This document shows positions 1-9,737 of a stretch of 64,000 nt of DNA, in pieces. The first letter of the stretch is position 1, and each line of letters begins with the position of its first letter. The notes under the pieces are model-generated. The model was not told the DNA's origin and did not search any database. It worked only from the letters and a program-made list of their open reading frames with translations. The DNA lies in the NCBI GenBank assembly GCA_030587475.2, contig JAUQYZ020000189.1, positions 1 to 64,000 on the forward strand, written 5' to 3'. The DNA comes from Candidatus Sigynarchaeum calidifontis. Lineage in GTDB: Archaea; Asgardarchaeota; Lokiarchaeia; Sigyniarchaeales; Sigyniarchaeaceae. Position numbers and translations under genes: made by a program.

Positions 1-61
1 ATACGCCCCGCTCGGCCTTGACGAGTATTTTATCGTTGAAATTTCCAAAGATAATCAAGAT

Positions 62-1018
62 TTAAAATGCTAGGCCAAAAGCGTTTAATAAAATCACGAT
101 CGCGCTAAACCCGAGCAATCCTGCTGCGAAAAAAGATGACTTTCCTTTTTCCTTTTCAGGAATGACTTCTCGCATAATGATATATAAGAGCGCACCAGAA
201 ATGAAGGAAAATAACATGTAAATGAACTCCGTGATATCCAAGAATGTTAAATCCAGGATCACGCCGATAATGATCCCTATGGGTGCTGCAAGAGCAAGCT
301 CCGCCTTTTTTTTCCTGGTTTCGACGTAATCCATTTCAATGTCGAGATTTATAAAAATCCGCTGCCTGCTTTGCGTGTGGGAGATGATTGCCATCAAGAT
401 GGCATTGATATAGAAGAGCAATGCCTCGGCCAAGTTCACGAACAATAACCCCGCGAGGATAATGCCGATGATGCAATGATAGATGAATTCGGTCATGTCG
501 TGAAATTCTTCGAGCCGCGCGTTCACGTGGTCATGCAACACCTTTTTAAGAGCTTTCAGCTCTGCTTCGACATCACTCTCTGTTTTGATGAGCGTTTTCA
601 AGATATCTGCCATGCTTTCGAGCTGGGTCTCGTCTACCTTCTTTTTCTGCACGCTTTCTGCCATTGCTATCGAAACACGATCTTCCACGGCGTCGATCAT
701 CTCTTTTTTCTTGATCAAGCTCTCCGCCTTTTCCCGGCTGCGAGCCTCGACGTGCTGCAAGATATACTTTTCAAGGAAATGTGCGTATGATATTCCAACA
801 AGGATGAACACGTATTCTAAGGAAGGAAGCCCGAAAATAGCCATCTGCATCTCCCCTGCTATCTCGGGAAGCACGACAAGGAAAAAATAGGACACTGACG
901 TCCCCGCGATGAATGACGGGTTCACGTGCACCTTCTGGTTGTACATGTCCGCGAAGAAAAACACAATGCCGAGTATCGCAGCGAGGCATAGCACCATCGG
1001 CATGGCAATTTCCATCAT
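62..1018 (-). CDS. ZIP-like (zinc/iron permease-type) membrane protein with a central helical insertion
   Basis: About 7-8 TM segments; SFIAGTSVSYFFLVVLPEI and SFISGALLYIIMREVIPE resemble ZIP-like permease motifs; charged helical loop of about 85 aa. Confidence 0.6.
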   Translation of the reverse strand: MMEIAMPMVLCLAAILGIVFFFADMYNQKVHVNPSFIAGTSVSYFFLVVLPEIAGEMQMAIFGLPSLEYVFILVGISYAHFLEKYILQHVEARSREKAESLIKKKEMIDAVEDRVSIAMAESVQKKKVDETQLESMADILKTLIKTESDVEAELKALKKVLHDHVNARLEEFHDMTEFIYHCIIGIILAGLLFVNLAEALLFYINAILMAIISHTQSRQRIFINLDIEMDYVETRKKKAELALAAPIGIIIGVILDLTFLDITEFIYMLFSFISGALLYIIMREVIPEKEKGKSSFFAAGLLGFSAIVILLNAFGLAF

Positions 1019-1132
1019 GGAACACCCGTTTCACGGATCAAATGCTCCCAGTTCTTTAAGAAGATGAAGGACAGGTGTATCGCTCTCATCAGGCGCACGA
1101 GCGGCTGAATGATTCCTCGCGGCGGCGATATT

Positions 1133-2527
1133 TCAGCTGGATGCAGGAATCGGTTCCGAGTGGATGATCACCCGGAAAAGCGATGGGATAGCGGCGCGGA
1201 GCTTCAACTCGATGTCCTCGACCCTGGCGTGTGCTTCGGAGAGCGGAAGTTGGCCGGGAATGTTGACGTGCAAGGAGACGGTCGGCTTGCCATCGACGAT
1301 CTGGACGTTCACGCTATGACATTTCATGTCGGATGCGACGCGATCCAAGACCTGGTTGATACGGGCTTTCAGTTTCGTCGTGTCGCTTTCATTCACGTTG
1401 CTCTCGGTTATTTTGCCAACAGGTTCCATGTGACTGTTTATCTCCTTGACACGCGGGTACTCATCACGGATTCGCTTCTCGATTCTCGAAGTGATCGCGT
1501 GTGCCTGGATCAAGGGAAGCGAGCCGTCCATCTCCAGATGATCCTCTATCCAGTACTCGCCGTTCACTTCGCGCACCCAGATCTCGTGCATGTGAGCGCC
1601 CTCCCCTATTGCGATACGGCGGAGCGATGTGGCAATGGTTTCATGTGTATCATCGGTTTCCCGTCTGCCTTCTGGCTCGACATGGATCGTCACGTCCTTG
1701 AGATCGGGGTCAAATTGCCTGAGTTTATGTTCCACCTCGTGTGCAATCGCGTGGCTGCCCTCGGTGCTCATGCCCGGATCGACGCGGATGTGCAAGTCGG
1801 CATAAACGGCTTGCTCGTGCCCTCTACTCCGCACGTTGTGGACGGAGCGGATACCCGGTACTGACTTGACGATCTGCTCGACCTCGCCGACGGGCATTTT
1901 TTCCTTGTCGATGAGCGTGGGCACCGATTCCTTGATGATCCCGATGCCGATGTTGATGATGACGACGGCAACGACGATTGTAAGAATTGGGTCTGCTAAT
2001 GGCAGGCCGAAATGGATGAACACCAGCCCGCCGCCAACAGAAATAGATACAAACACGTCTGCACGGGTATGCAGCGCGTCTGCAACCAAAACATCACTTC
2101 GTAACCGCTTTCCCTCCTTTAACTCGTATATAACCACGCCAACATGTACCACGATGCTAACACCTATGGCAACGAAGCTCCACGCATTCACGTTTGCAGC
2201 GATGAGGGCCGGGTTCACCACATGATCGATCGCGGTCTTGACGAGCTCCCACGCCGTGATAAAGAGCAAGAAACAGATCACGAGGGCGGTCATCGTCTCG
2301 GCTTTTCTTCTACCGTAAGGATATTTCTCGTCGGCTGGCTTGCTAGCGACCCATATGCCAACGAGACCGACAACGTTCGATCCGGCATCGAACACGGAGT
2401 CGAAACCATCCGCGATGATGCTCAGCGTGTTTGTCATCCAACCGACCGCGAGCTTGACAACGGTCGGTATCAAGTTGAGGAACATGGTTATCCATAGAAC
2501 CCGTCTTATTCCTTGAATCGTGTCCAT
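1133..2527 (-). CDS. Cation diffusion facilitator (FieF-like) with three tandem C-terminal dimerisation domains
   Basis: SIIADGFDS, YPYGRRKAE and ADALHTRAD motifs; three H-x3-H...IHVEP/SHMEP/IHSEP repeats; start placed at ATG 2527 (MDTIQG). Confidence 0.9.
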   Translation of the reverse strand: MDTIQGIRRVLWITMFLNLIPTVVKLAVGWMTNTLSIIADGFDSVFDAGSNVVGLVGIWVASKPADEKYPYGRRKAETMTALVICFLLFITAWELVKTAIDHVVNPALIAANVNAWSFVAIGVSIVVHVGVVIYELKEGKRLRSDVLVADALHTRADVFVSISVGGGLVFIHFGLPLADPILTIVVAVVIINIGIGIIKESVPTLIDKEKMPVGEVEQIVKSVPGIRSVHNVRSRGHEQAVYADLHIRVDPGMSTEGSHAIAHEVEHKLRQFDPDLKDVTIHVEPEGRRETDDTHETIATSLRRIAIGEGAHMHEIWVREVNGEYWIEDHLEMDGSLPLIQAHAITSRIEKRIRDEYPRVKEINSHMEPVGKITESNVNESDTTKLKARINQVLDRVASDMKCHSVNVQIVDGKPTVSLHVNIPGQLPLSEAHARVEDIELKLRAAIPSLFRVIIHSEPIPASS

Positions 2528-2878
2528 AGGAGATCCTTCAGAGTATAGAGATTCAGATGTGCCCCGGCCGGGCGCTGACCTCGTGATCGAGGGAAAGATA
2601 ATGCTCGAATCCCTCTTTAGAGGCAATTGCGGGTAGTGATCGGCCTTTCATCATCGCAAAATCACAACGATGATAGGATCGCGAGCAAGTCCACAGAGGT
2701 AACTCGAAGATAAAAGAATGTATCAAAGAATTAGGCTCGCCTCAGAAAAAGCATCTTTCGTTAGGTTTACCTCATAGAATTGCGAGAATCGTCGTGCCTG
2801 GTAGAATTAAAAAGTGATATAAAAGCCGGAAGCGCGGGCAATGAACATCGAAGCGATGTGGGACAAATTCCCATGTTT

Positions 2879-3595
2879 TCATGATAGAAGGAGTTTAGCC
2901 TCTGCATACGCCTCGACTTGCTCCCTCGTCCACAGCATCTTCGCGTACTCGCCCTTGTACCACAGCAAGAACATGTCCTGGTAATGCGGGCTTGCCAGGT
3001 TCCCCGACTGGCCAGGCGGGATGACGACGAGAGATTTGCTTAGGTCGCCCAGGTCGACGATCTGGCGGTAACTCGGTGCCCAGTTTTTTTCGGAGAATTC
3101 CATCGGCGGGGAGCCTATCTGGCAGACCGTGTTCTTGTCCCCTCCGATTGGGAGGTTCCCCACGTTGAAGACCTTGTCGAGCGGTTTCTTCAAGGCCATG
3201 GCATGGGGATACACCATCTTGTTCAGCCGCCCCCACGACCACATCGCGGGATCCTTGCCCAGCTTGGCGCGCAGCCAGGCCACTGCTTTGCCCAGTGCAC
3301 GTTCCAATACGGCGTTCTTGCCCCCTGCTTGCTCCACCCATTATGATTTCGGATTGTCGAGCAAGTTAAGCAAGATATCCGTGTGGCTATGGAATAGCTC
3401 CGTGGTCGCCTTGAGCACGGGGTGGAAACTTCGTCCCATGATATCGAGCGCCAGTGTTTCCCCGAGCTTAGCTGCAAATATCTCCTTGTAGACGAATGGC
3501 AATGCAGTTTCATATATCGTCCCGCCCGTGCAATCGGCGGTTAAATTACCATCCCATTTTCCGAGCATATCGATAGCGAGACGGACATCTGGGTT
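2879..3595 (-). pseudogene. Penicillin acylase (Ntn hydrolase) C-terminal remnant with an in-frame TAA
   Basis: LGKWDG, WSWGRLN, GGDKNTV, PSYRQIVDL and PGQSGNLASPHYQD motifs; ORFs 3341-3568 and 2879-3337 share a frame and are split by TAA at 3341-3343; the N-terminal portion is missing. Confidence 0.85.
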
Positions 3596-3608
3596 TTATC
3601 GCAAAACA

Positions 3609-5069
3609 TCACAACGCAACAACACCAAACGCAACTAGGGCAATGACCAATGCATAAAACCCGGCGAACGCGAGATTCGCGATGATCAGTGCCCGTTCCT
3701 TCCCATCGACCTTCCGTCCCGTTTCGACCACGTGCTGGATCATCTTTTCCGGCTTGTAAAGGATCTCATCCATCTGCATGCGGTCTCCACTGCTCGATTT
3801 TCCAGACAAGGCCAGATTGGTTAACCATTCAAATGAACCAATGAACTTGGCCTTTTCCCACGCCCAGAGAATGAGGTGCCACATGAAGAACAAGAGCAGC
3901 AGCACGACACCGAGTTGCCAGTCCACGAGCGCCCCCTCGAGGATCGGCCACGAGGTCGCGAGTTCTATAACGATCACGGGGCCGACCATGAAGTACTGGA
4001 GCATCCAGAGCGTGAGGGTCATGATGCCGAACCGCCGGATCCAGCACGTGCACCGCGTGAACAGCGCGATGTTAGTTTTCTTTCGGAAGTCGATCATGTA
4101 AAGTAAAAACGTGGTACTCATTATCTCCAGGCCGAGGATGAACATCTGGTAGAACACCACGCGTTCTCGGGAGCCGAGCCCGATATCATCCAACGCGATA
4201 CCAACGATGAACGAGATGCAAACGAAAAGCAAGCCTCCATACAAGAATTTCCTCAGCGTTGAAGGCTTGATCGCGTTCTCGTTGATGTTAATGGCGAAGA
4301 GCAGGCCCGCGGCGGCGCAAGAGAAGTATGGGAACAAAGGTGTCAAGCGGCCTATGAAGGGCGCGAGGACCAATCTCACGGGCCATTGCCATGCAGCGAC
4401 CGATGGATCTCCAAGGCCATTCGAGAACGTATCCGTTCCAAACAACCCCTTTGCAATGTTTTGTGTTAATGGCATCAGCGCCGTGCACGCGATAACCACG
4501 ATGATCAACGATATGGATATCCTTTCTCGGCTGAAGCCATTCTTCAAATATAATAGCTGGATAAAGCTCGTGACGATGATGGAGATGCCGATCGTTGTTA
4601 GGATATTCGTCAAGAAAAAACCACTTAGAAACCACCACGGCGAAATATCGGACAGGGGTTCTCCACGCCAAATTTTGACGATAGCTTCCAGCAGCGTCGC
4701 GAAGATCGTCTCGGAGAGGTACCCGAACGCGCATATCATGATACCCCGTATGAATTGCGACGTGAAGATCGACTTGAATGCCTTGTCCTTGTCCACATGT
4801 TGTTCCCCGGTCAATCTCTCCCATTGCTTGTGAACAGAGATGGAATTGCTAGCAGCAGAGATCATCAAGAACATGCCGTTAAAGGCTCCCAGGATGAGAA
4901 GCACCGGCCCGAGAATGTACCAGTAAAGCTCGACCGTCCCCGTCCCGTTTATCACGGCATCCTTGATCTCTTCTACTCGCTGGCTGAATGCAATGTTAAG
5001 CACGTGGAACAAAATAACGCCGATGATGGCGATTCCCCTGAGGAAGTCAAATGCTAGGACACGCTTCAT
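3609..5069 (-). CDS. Multi-pass membrane acyltransferase, HGSNAT/DUF1624-like
   Basis: N-terminal RVLAFDFLRGIAII..H motif, PLFPY, about 12 TM segments, GSFEW near the C-terminus. Confidence 0.65.
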   Translation of the reverse strand: MKRVLAFDFLRGIAIIGVILFHVLNIAFSQRVEEIKDAVINGTGTVELYWYILGPVLLILGAFNGMFLMISAASNSISVHKQWERLTGEQHVDKDKAFKSIFTSQFIRGIMICAFGYLSETIFATLLEAIVKIWRGEPLSDISPWWFLSGFFLTNILTTIGISIIVTSFIQLLYLKNGFSRERISISLIIVVIACTALMPLTQNIAKGLFGTDTFSNGLGDPSVAAWQWPVRLVLAPFIGRLTPLFPYFSCAAAGLLFAININENAIKPSTLRKFLYGGLLFVCISFIVGIALDDIGLGSRERVVFYQMFILGLEIMSTTFLLYMIDFRKKTNIALFTRCTCWIRRFGIMTLTLWMLQYFMVGPVIVIELATSWPILEGALVDWQLGVVLLLLFFMWHLILWAWEKAKFIGSFEWLTNLALSGKSSSGDRMQMDEILYKPEKMIQHVVETGRKVDGKERALIIANLAFAGFYALVIALVAFGVVAL

Positions 5070-5167
5070 GGTGTATCGACCTCGATCAAGATAAAAGTAC
5101 TTGCTCCGAAGTTCCTAAATAATCCTTGCATCTGTTGCTAAGGGGAACCGTGGACGCATGGTAACGG

Positions 5168-6214
5168 CTAATGCTTCGTGCTTGAAACATGCTGGTTGAT
5201 ACGGTCGAGTTCCTCGGGCGTGTTGAACGACATCACGTCTTCCGGCTTGGTTAATGGGACAGCAACGATTTTCTTTCCATCCTCGGCGAGGATCTGCAAT
5301 ATATCTGTCAGGTATTCCTCGTTTTGGGCATTGTTAGACGTGATTCGTTCGATGTACTCGTAGCACGTGGCGGCACTACACAAGTAGATCGACACGTTCA
5401 CGTACCGCGTGTCTCGCTGTAGCGCCTCGGCATCGAAGAATTGCCCCTTTATCGTGAAGCCGCGAGGGGATCGATCAAGAACACCCTCGATGATAGCGCA
5501 GGCAGCGTTGCACGCGGCGGCTGTGGATCCGGCCTTCTCGCAATCGATGATTGCCTGGTAAATAGACGGGAAGACCTTCCGGATGCGCCTTTCTTCAATC
5601 AACTCGGTCTCGAGCAGCTTCTTGATACCATGAAGCGCGGCCTCGGTGCTTGCACTTCCCTTGCCACAGTCCGACATCATGAGGGCCATTCGCTTGGTCA
5701 AGATGCCCTTCATGATGTCCCAGTACTCGATCGACCCGAGCACCGAGCCGTCCTTGTCTTGCACGACGTGGCCGAACTCGCGGCCATGTGCCTTGTCCAT
5801 GACGAGGATGGCCATGTCGGTCCTGGACGAGCGATACGTCTTGATGAGCGTCCGCAAGATTGCGGGCTCGATGATGGCATCGCCAGGCACGATGAGGATA
5901 TCACCTTCAAAGCCAGCGGCCTTGAGCGCGCGGATACCCATCTTCGCCGCATTGCCCGTGCCTTTCTGCACCGGTTGGAACGTGTACATCGGGGTATGGT
6001 TGCTTTTTGTAGAGATAACGCCCATCAATTGCTCGGCAAACGCGCCAACCACGAGAATGTTGAATCTAATGCCCACTTCCTCGAGCTGGTCGAGCAAGCG
6101 GATGATCGCCGGCACTCCCGCGATCTCGAACGTGCCCTTGTGCTTGTCAGCAACGCCCATGCGGGTTCCCTTGCCTCCCGCCAAGATGATCGAGGCCATC
6201 TCCGCTCTTGTCAT
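5168..6214 (-). CDS. Sugar-phosphate nucleotidyltransferase (GlmU N-terminal-like) with an internal insertion
   Basis: ILAGGKGTRM, QKGTGNA, PGD, NNAQNEEYLTD and SFNTPEEL motifs; no hexapeptide-repeat domain. Confidence 0.85.
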   Translation of the reverse strand: MTRAEMASIILAGGKGTRMGVADKHKGTFEIAGVPAIIRLLDQLEEVGIRFNILVVGAFAEQLMGVISTKSNHTPMYTFQPVQKGTGNAAKMGIRALKAAGFEGDILIVPGDAIIEPAILRTLIKTYRSSRTDMAILVMDKAHGREFGHVVQDKDGSVLGSIEYWDIMKGILTKRMALMMSDCGKGSASTEAALHGIKKLLETELIEERRIRKVFPSIYQAIIDCEKAGSTAAACNAACAIIEGVLDRSPRGFTIKGQFFDAEALQRDTRYVNVSIYLCSAATCYEYIERITSNNAQNEEYLTDILQILAEDGKKIVAVPLTKPEDVMSFNTPEELDRINQHVSSTKH

Positions 6215-6286
6215 GTCATTGCACGCTCAAGTCTTGGGGAATCCACGGATACACAAGCATCTCGAAACCTTTAAAGCCGGTGCGGG

Positions 6287-6772
6287 TCATTTTGCTGGCT
6301 GGTCATCACCGGTTGGCTCTAGCCTCGGCGCGGCCGCGGCCCCCTTGTCCAACTTGAACAGCCACATTGCCCCTTGTTCATAGGATTTATTGCCGAACGT
6401 GCATCTTCCAAGCCAGATGCCGAAGAAATACCATAATGGATAGGAAAGGGCGAGGATGGCGGCGATTTGACCCATGCCCGCGGGCATATCGAGCAGCACT
6501 TGCACGCCGCTGAACTGCCAGATCTGCCAGCTGTTCCACATCCATGCGCGCCCCGATTGTGCTGGGATCCATGGAAAGACCGCGGCGAGCATGGCGGGAA
6601 GCGGGATGGCATCGATGTACACGAGATATTGCACGATCCACGTGGCAAGCACGATGACGAGACCGAGGAAAAACTTGGCATCCTTCCAGCGCGCCCGCAA
6701 TGACCGGTGGTACCACCACTGGATCACGAACCCGGCGACGATCATGTAGACGATGGTCGAGACGAAGCCCAC
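6287..6772 (-). CDS. Hypothetical membrane protein (3 TM)
   Basis: Hydrophobic Trp-rich ORF starting 3 bp after the stop of the upstream SDR gene. Confidence 0.7.
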   Translation of the reverse strand: MGFVSTIVYMIVAGFVIQWWYHRSLRARWKDAKFFLGLVIVLATWIVQYLVYIDAIPLPAMLAAVFPWIPAQSGRAWMWNSWQIWQFSGVQVLLDMPAGMGQIAAILALSYPLWYFFGIWLGRCTFGNKSYEQGAMWLFKLDKGAAAAPRLEPTGDDQPAK

Positions 6773-6775
6773 GTT

Positions 6776-7933
6776 TCATGCCACCTCCCATTGTTCCTTT
6801 TCAAGCCAGCCATGGTCCAGGTACCAATCCACTGTTTGCTTTGTCCCGAGAAACATGTCTGGATATTCGAATTTGAAACCAAGCTGCTTGATCTTTTCGT
6901 TACTGAAGAAATACTGGTGCGTGATGTACTCGGCCATCGGGGCATCGTACCTCGGTCGCTTCCCCTTGCGTGCTATTCTTTTCATCCGCCCGATGGCACT
7001 TTTATACGTGATTTTTGCGAGGATGACGTAGACGAACCACGGTACCGAGATGTGGGCATAATTTGCGCCCAGAAGGCAAGCGATGTACTCCATGAAGTCT
7101 TCCTGGAAGCCACAATCCCCGATCACGTTGAATGCCTCCCCGACGACTTTCTCGGCCGGTGCGTTGGCCAGGAATTCTGCAGCACGCACCAAGTCTTGCA
7201 CGTGCACCATTGGCATGCGTAAGCGCTTCGACCGGGGATACAAGCAGACGACAGGTACGACACCGATAGTACGGACGAGATGGTAAATGTGGAACATGCC
7301 GTAGGCTTGATACGGGCCATAAATCGGCGCGGGCCTGATGATGACCGTCGGGACGCCCTTCTCGCGGTGCCATTCCCCGAGCAATTGCTCTTGCAGCACC
7401 TTCGACTTGCTGTAGTTGTTCGGGGGATTGTATGGTGCAGTCTCGTCGGCCGGGACATCCCACCGCTCGTATTTTGGCTGCCCGTAGACGCCGCACGTGC
7501 TCCAGTGGATGAACCGAGGGAGTATAGATGGATTACCCGTGTTTCCCTGGCAATGCTCATAGTAGGTCTCGAGCAAGTTTTGCAAGCCGCCGACGTTCAC
7601 CTTTTCCAGGAGCTCGAAGGGTGCGAAATAATCGTAGAGCGATGCCGTGTGGAACACCGTGTCGAAATCCTTCCCGGCAAAGACCGGCCGCAAGGAATTC
7701 TTGTTGGTCAAGTCCGCGGGGATGAATTCGACCCCGGCCCGGTCGATGGACAAGCGCTCGCGGGGAATTGCAAATATCTCCTCCTTCGTGATGAACCGGG
7801 ACCTGCGAGCCGGATCAAGGTCGGTTGCCGTCACGTGCCACCCGTGATCCGCGAGCAAGTTCACGAGAAAAGACCCCGTGTGACCCAATGCGCCTGTTAC
7901 CAGTGCCTGACGGGGCGATCCAGAGCCTGGCAT
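6776..7933 (-). CDS. Extended SDR, NAD-dependent epimerase/dehydratase (3-beta-HSD-like)
   Basis: VTGALGHTG Rossmann motif, HWSTCGVYG, catalytic YSKSK, RPAPIYGP. Confidence 0.9.
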   Translation of the reverse strand: MPGSGSPRQALVTGALGHTGSFLVNLLADHGWHVTATDLDPARRSRFITKEEIFAIPRERLSIDRAGVEFIPADLTNKNSLRPVFAGKDFDTVFHTASLYDYFAPFELLEKVNVGGLQNLLETYYEHCQGNTGNPSILPRFIHWSTCGVYGQPKYERWDVPADETAPYNPPNNYSKSKVLQEQLLGEWHREKGVPTVIIRPAPIYGPYQAYGMFHIYHLVRTIGVVPVVCLYPRSKRLRMPMVHVQDLVRAAEFLANAPAEKVVGEAFNVIGDCGFQEDFMEYIACLLGANYAHISVPWFVYVILAKITYKSAIGRMKRIARKGKRPRYDAPMAEYITHQYFFSNEKIKQLGFKFEYPDMFLGTKQTVDWYLDHGWLEKEQWEVA

Positions 7934-8033
7934 GCATGACTGTTCGGGGTTGGATCTTTTAAAGTATGGAATTGAAAAAAGGGGAGAAAAAAGGGCGGAT
8001 GGAGCGTTATTTCGAGGGTATCAATTTCGAGCA

Positions 8034-8384
8034 TCAATTTAGCCAGTTGACCGTCTTGTGATTCGCGCCAAGGAACTTGGCCAGGTTCTTGATGACCTGG
8101 AGCGGTTTGGCCCATTGCATGCCCCAACCAAACGTGAGTCCCACCCAAACATGAATGGTCGTCCCGCCCGCGCCTTCCTTGAACACCAGCTGGTAAGTCT
8201 GCCCGTTCGACGTGAAACTCATCAGCTGCTCGACGATCATCCGGCGAGAACCATCGGGCAGGTTTTCCATGGTCGGCGGCTTCGTTCGTACTTTTTGATT
8301 CTTCCAAAAATCGAAAGTTTTGGTCCAGGCATCCTCCATCGGCATGTTGGCGATGAACTCTAACTCTCTCAATTTTCCAGACAT
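8034..8384 (-). CDS. Small hypothetical alpha/beta protein
   Basis: Clean 116-aa ORF flanked by AT-rich spacers and a downstream T-tract. Confidence 0.65.
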   Translation of the reverse strand: MSGKLRELEFIANMPMEDAWTKTFDFWKNQKVRTKPPTMENLPDGSRRMIVEQLMSFTSNGQTYQLVFKEGAGGTTIHVWVGLTFGWGMQWAKPLQVIKNLAKFLGANHKTVNWLN

Positions 8385-8545
8385 GATTATCCATCACTTA
8401 CGTTGATACTGCTTGTCGCGATTTACATGGCGGCAACAGAATCAAGTACCCATTCAAAACATTTAAGTTTTAAATCCATCGACAAATACCCTCAAAACAA
8501 ATCGATAATAAAAAAGGAGATGTGCGAAAAAAGCACGCAAAAATT

Positions 8546-9160
8546 TTATTCCTTGAGCACGATCTCGGCACTCCCTTGGAGCGAGAGCCGCCACAAGAAC
8601 TTGAGCTCGCCGCCGTCCTTCCATTCTTCCACGGATTCCTGGTATTTGCCTCCGGGGAACATGGGATCCCAGGTTGTCTTGACCCATTTCAGCGGGCCTG
8701 CAAGTTGCTCGGTTTTCACGAGCTGCATGTCCTTCTCGGGCACCCACTTTCGTTGCTCGCCTTCAAAGTGGTATTCTTTCCCATTCGAGATGAGAACGAG
8801 CGGGCACTTCGCGTACTGTTCCCAGGAAAACTTGACCGTCTTTCCCGAGATCTCCTTCACCGTGAAGGTGGAATACACGACATCTCCTGGTCTTACCATG
8901 CCGCGCATCTCGCAATCGATCGCTGTCAATTTACCTGTCCCGGCGAGCCAGTTTTCGATCTCGGCTATCGTTGTCCCGTACGAGAGCATCCCGTGCGCGA
9001 TGACCCCACCAAGTCCCATCTTGTACGCGAACTCGTCGGACATGTGGATCCCGTTCTCGTCCTTGCTGGCCTTGCCGTAGGCATAGATCTCGCCTCGGGT
9101 GATGGGCCCGTGGACGAACTCGATCTTCTGGCCCACCTTCAAGTCGTTTACCTTCACCAT
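8546..9160 (-). CDS. MaoC-like (R)-specific enoyl hydratase, catalytic subunit
   Basis: Hydratase motif ASKDENGIHMSDEFA...GVIAHGM; VRPGD; AGGAGG upstream of ATG 9160. Confidence 0.85.
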   Translation of the reverse strand: MVKVNDLKVGQKIEFVHGPITRGEIYAYGKASKDENGIHMSDEFAYKMGLGGVIAHGMLSYGTTIAEIENWLAGTGKLTAIDCEMRGMVRPGDVVYSTFTVKEISGKTVKFSWEQYAKCPLVLISNGKEYHFEGEQRKWVPEKDMQLVKTEQLAGPLKWVKTTWDPMFPGGKYQESVEEWKDGGELKFLWRLSLQGSAEIVLKE

Positions 9161-9161
9161 T

Positions 9162-9632
9162 TTAGAACCCTCCTTTGCGGCAGATCGCGCCGATGTTGGT
9201 CTCTTGAATGACCGTCCCGTCTTCTTTCTTGGTAACCATGTCCGCGTACAAGAATAACATGTCATTCTTCACGAAAATTTTCGTGAGTTTCCCAGTCGTG
9301 ATCAACACGTCTCCATCCTTGACCGCGTCAAGGTTTAAATAACGGTATCCCATGCTCCCGTGCAAGATCTTCCCGGGGTTCGTGATCAACTTCACGTCCT
9401 CGCCCTTGTCGTTCTTGACAGCGGCGTCAGCGAGGGAGAACAGCCCCTTGACGACCAACGTCCCGATGTAGGCCGGGCTGATGGCCGCCCCCTCTCCGAG
9501 ATATTTCTGGTCCTTGTGGCCGATTGCTTGCGCGAGGGCCGTGGTATTCTTGTTGCGAATTTTGCTTTTTATCGGTTCAGTTTGTAGATCCTTGAACTTT
9601 TCCAAAAGTTCGGGTGTAAGCCTAGCAGACAT
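9162..9632 (-). CDS. MaoC dehydratase N-terminal-like hotdog protein (partner subunit)
   Basis: AQAIGHKDQKY, ISPAY, ILHGSMGYRY and VKDGDVL hotdog pattern; directly upstream of the MaoC gene. Confidence 0.75.
   Translation of the reverse strand: MSARLTPELLEKFKDLQTEPIKSKIRNKNTTALAQAIGHKDQKYLGEGAAISPAYIGTLVVKGLFSLADAAVKNDKGEDVKLITNPGKILHGSMGYRYLNLDAVKDGDVLITTGKLTKIFVKNDMLFLYADMVTKKEDGTVIQETNIGAICRKGGF
9169..9174 (-). promoter_or_regulatory. Shine-Dalgarno (AGGAGG) for the MaoC catalytic gene
   Basis: Minus strand reads AAAGGAGGGTTCTAAAATG, with the upstream stop 1 nt before the ATG. Confidence 0.6.
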
Positions 9633-9737
9633 GATATACTTCACCTCGTTAAAGCCAACCTTGATGGCTTCAGCGAATGGATATTAATTGTCCCAGGGCC
9701 ATATAAAAATTACTGTCAAGGTACGAGAGGCTTCCTT

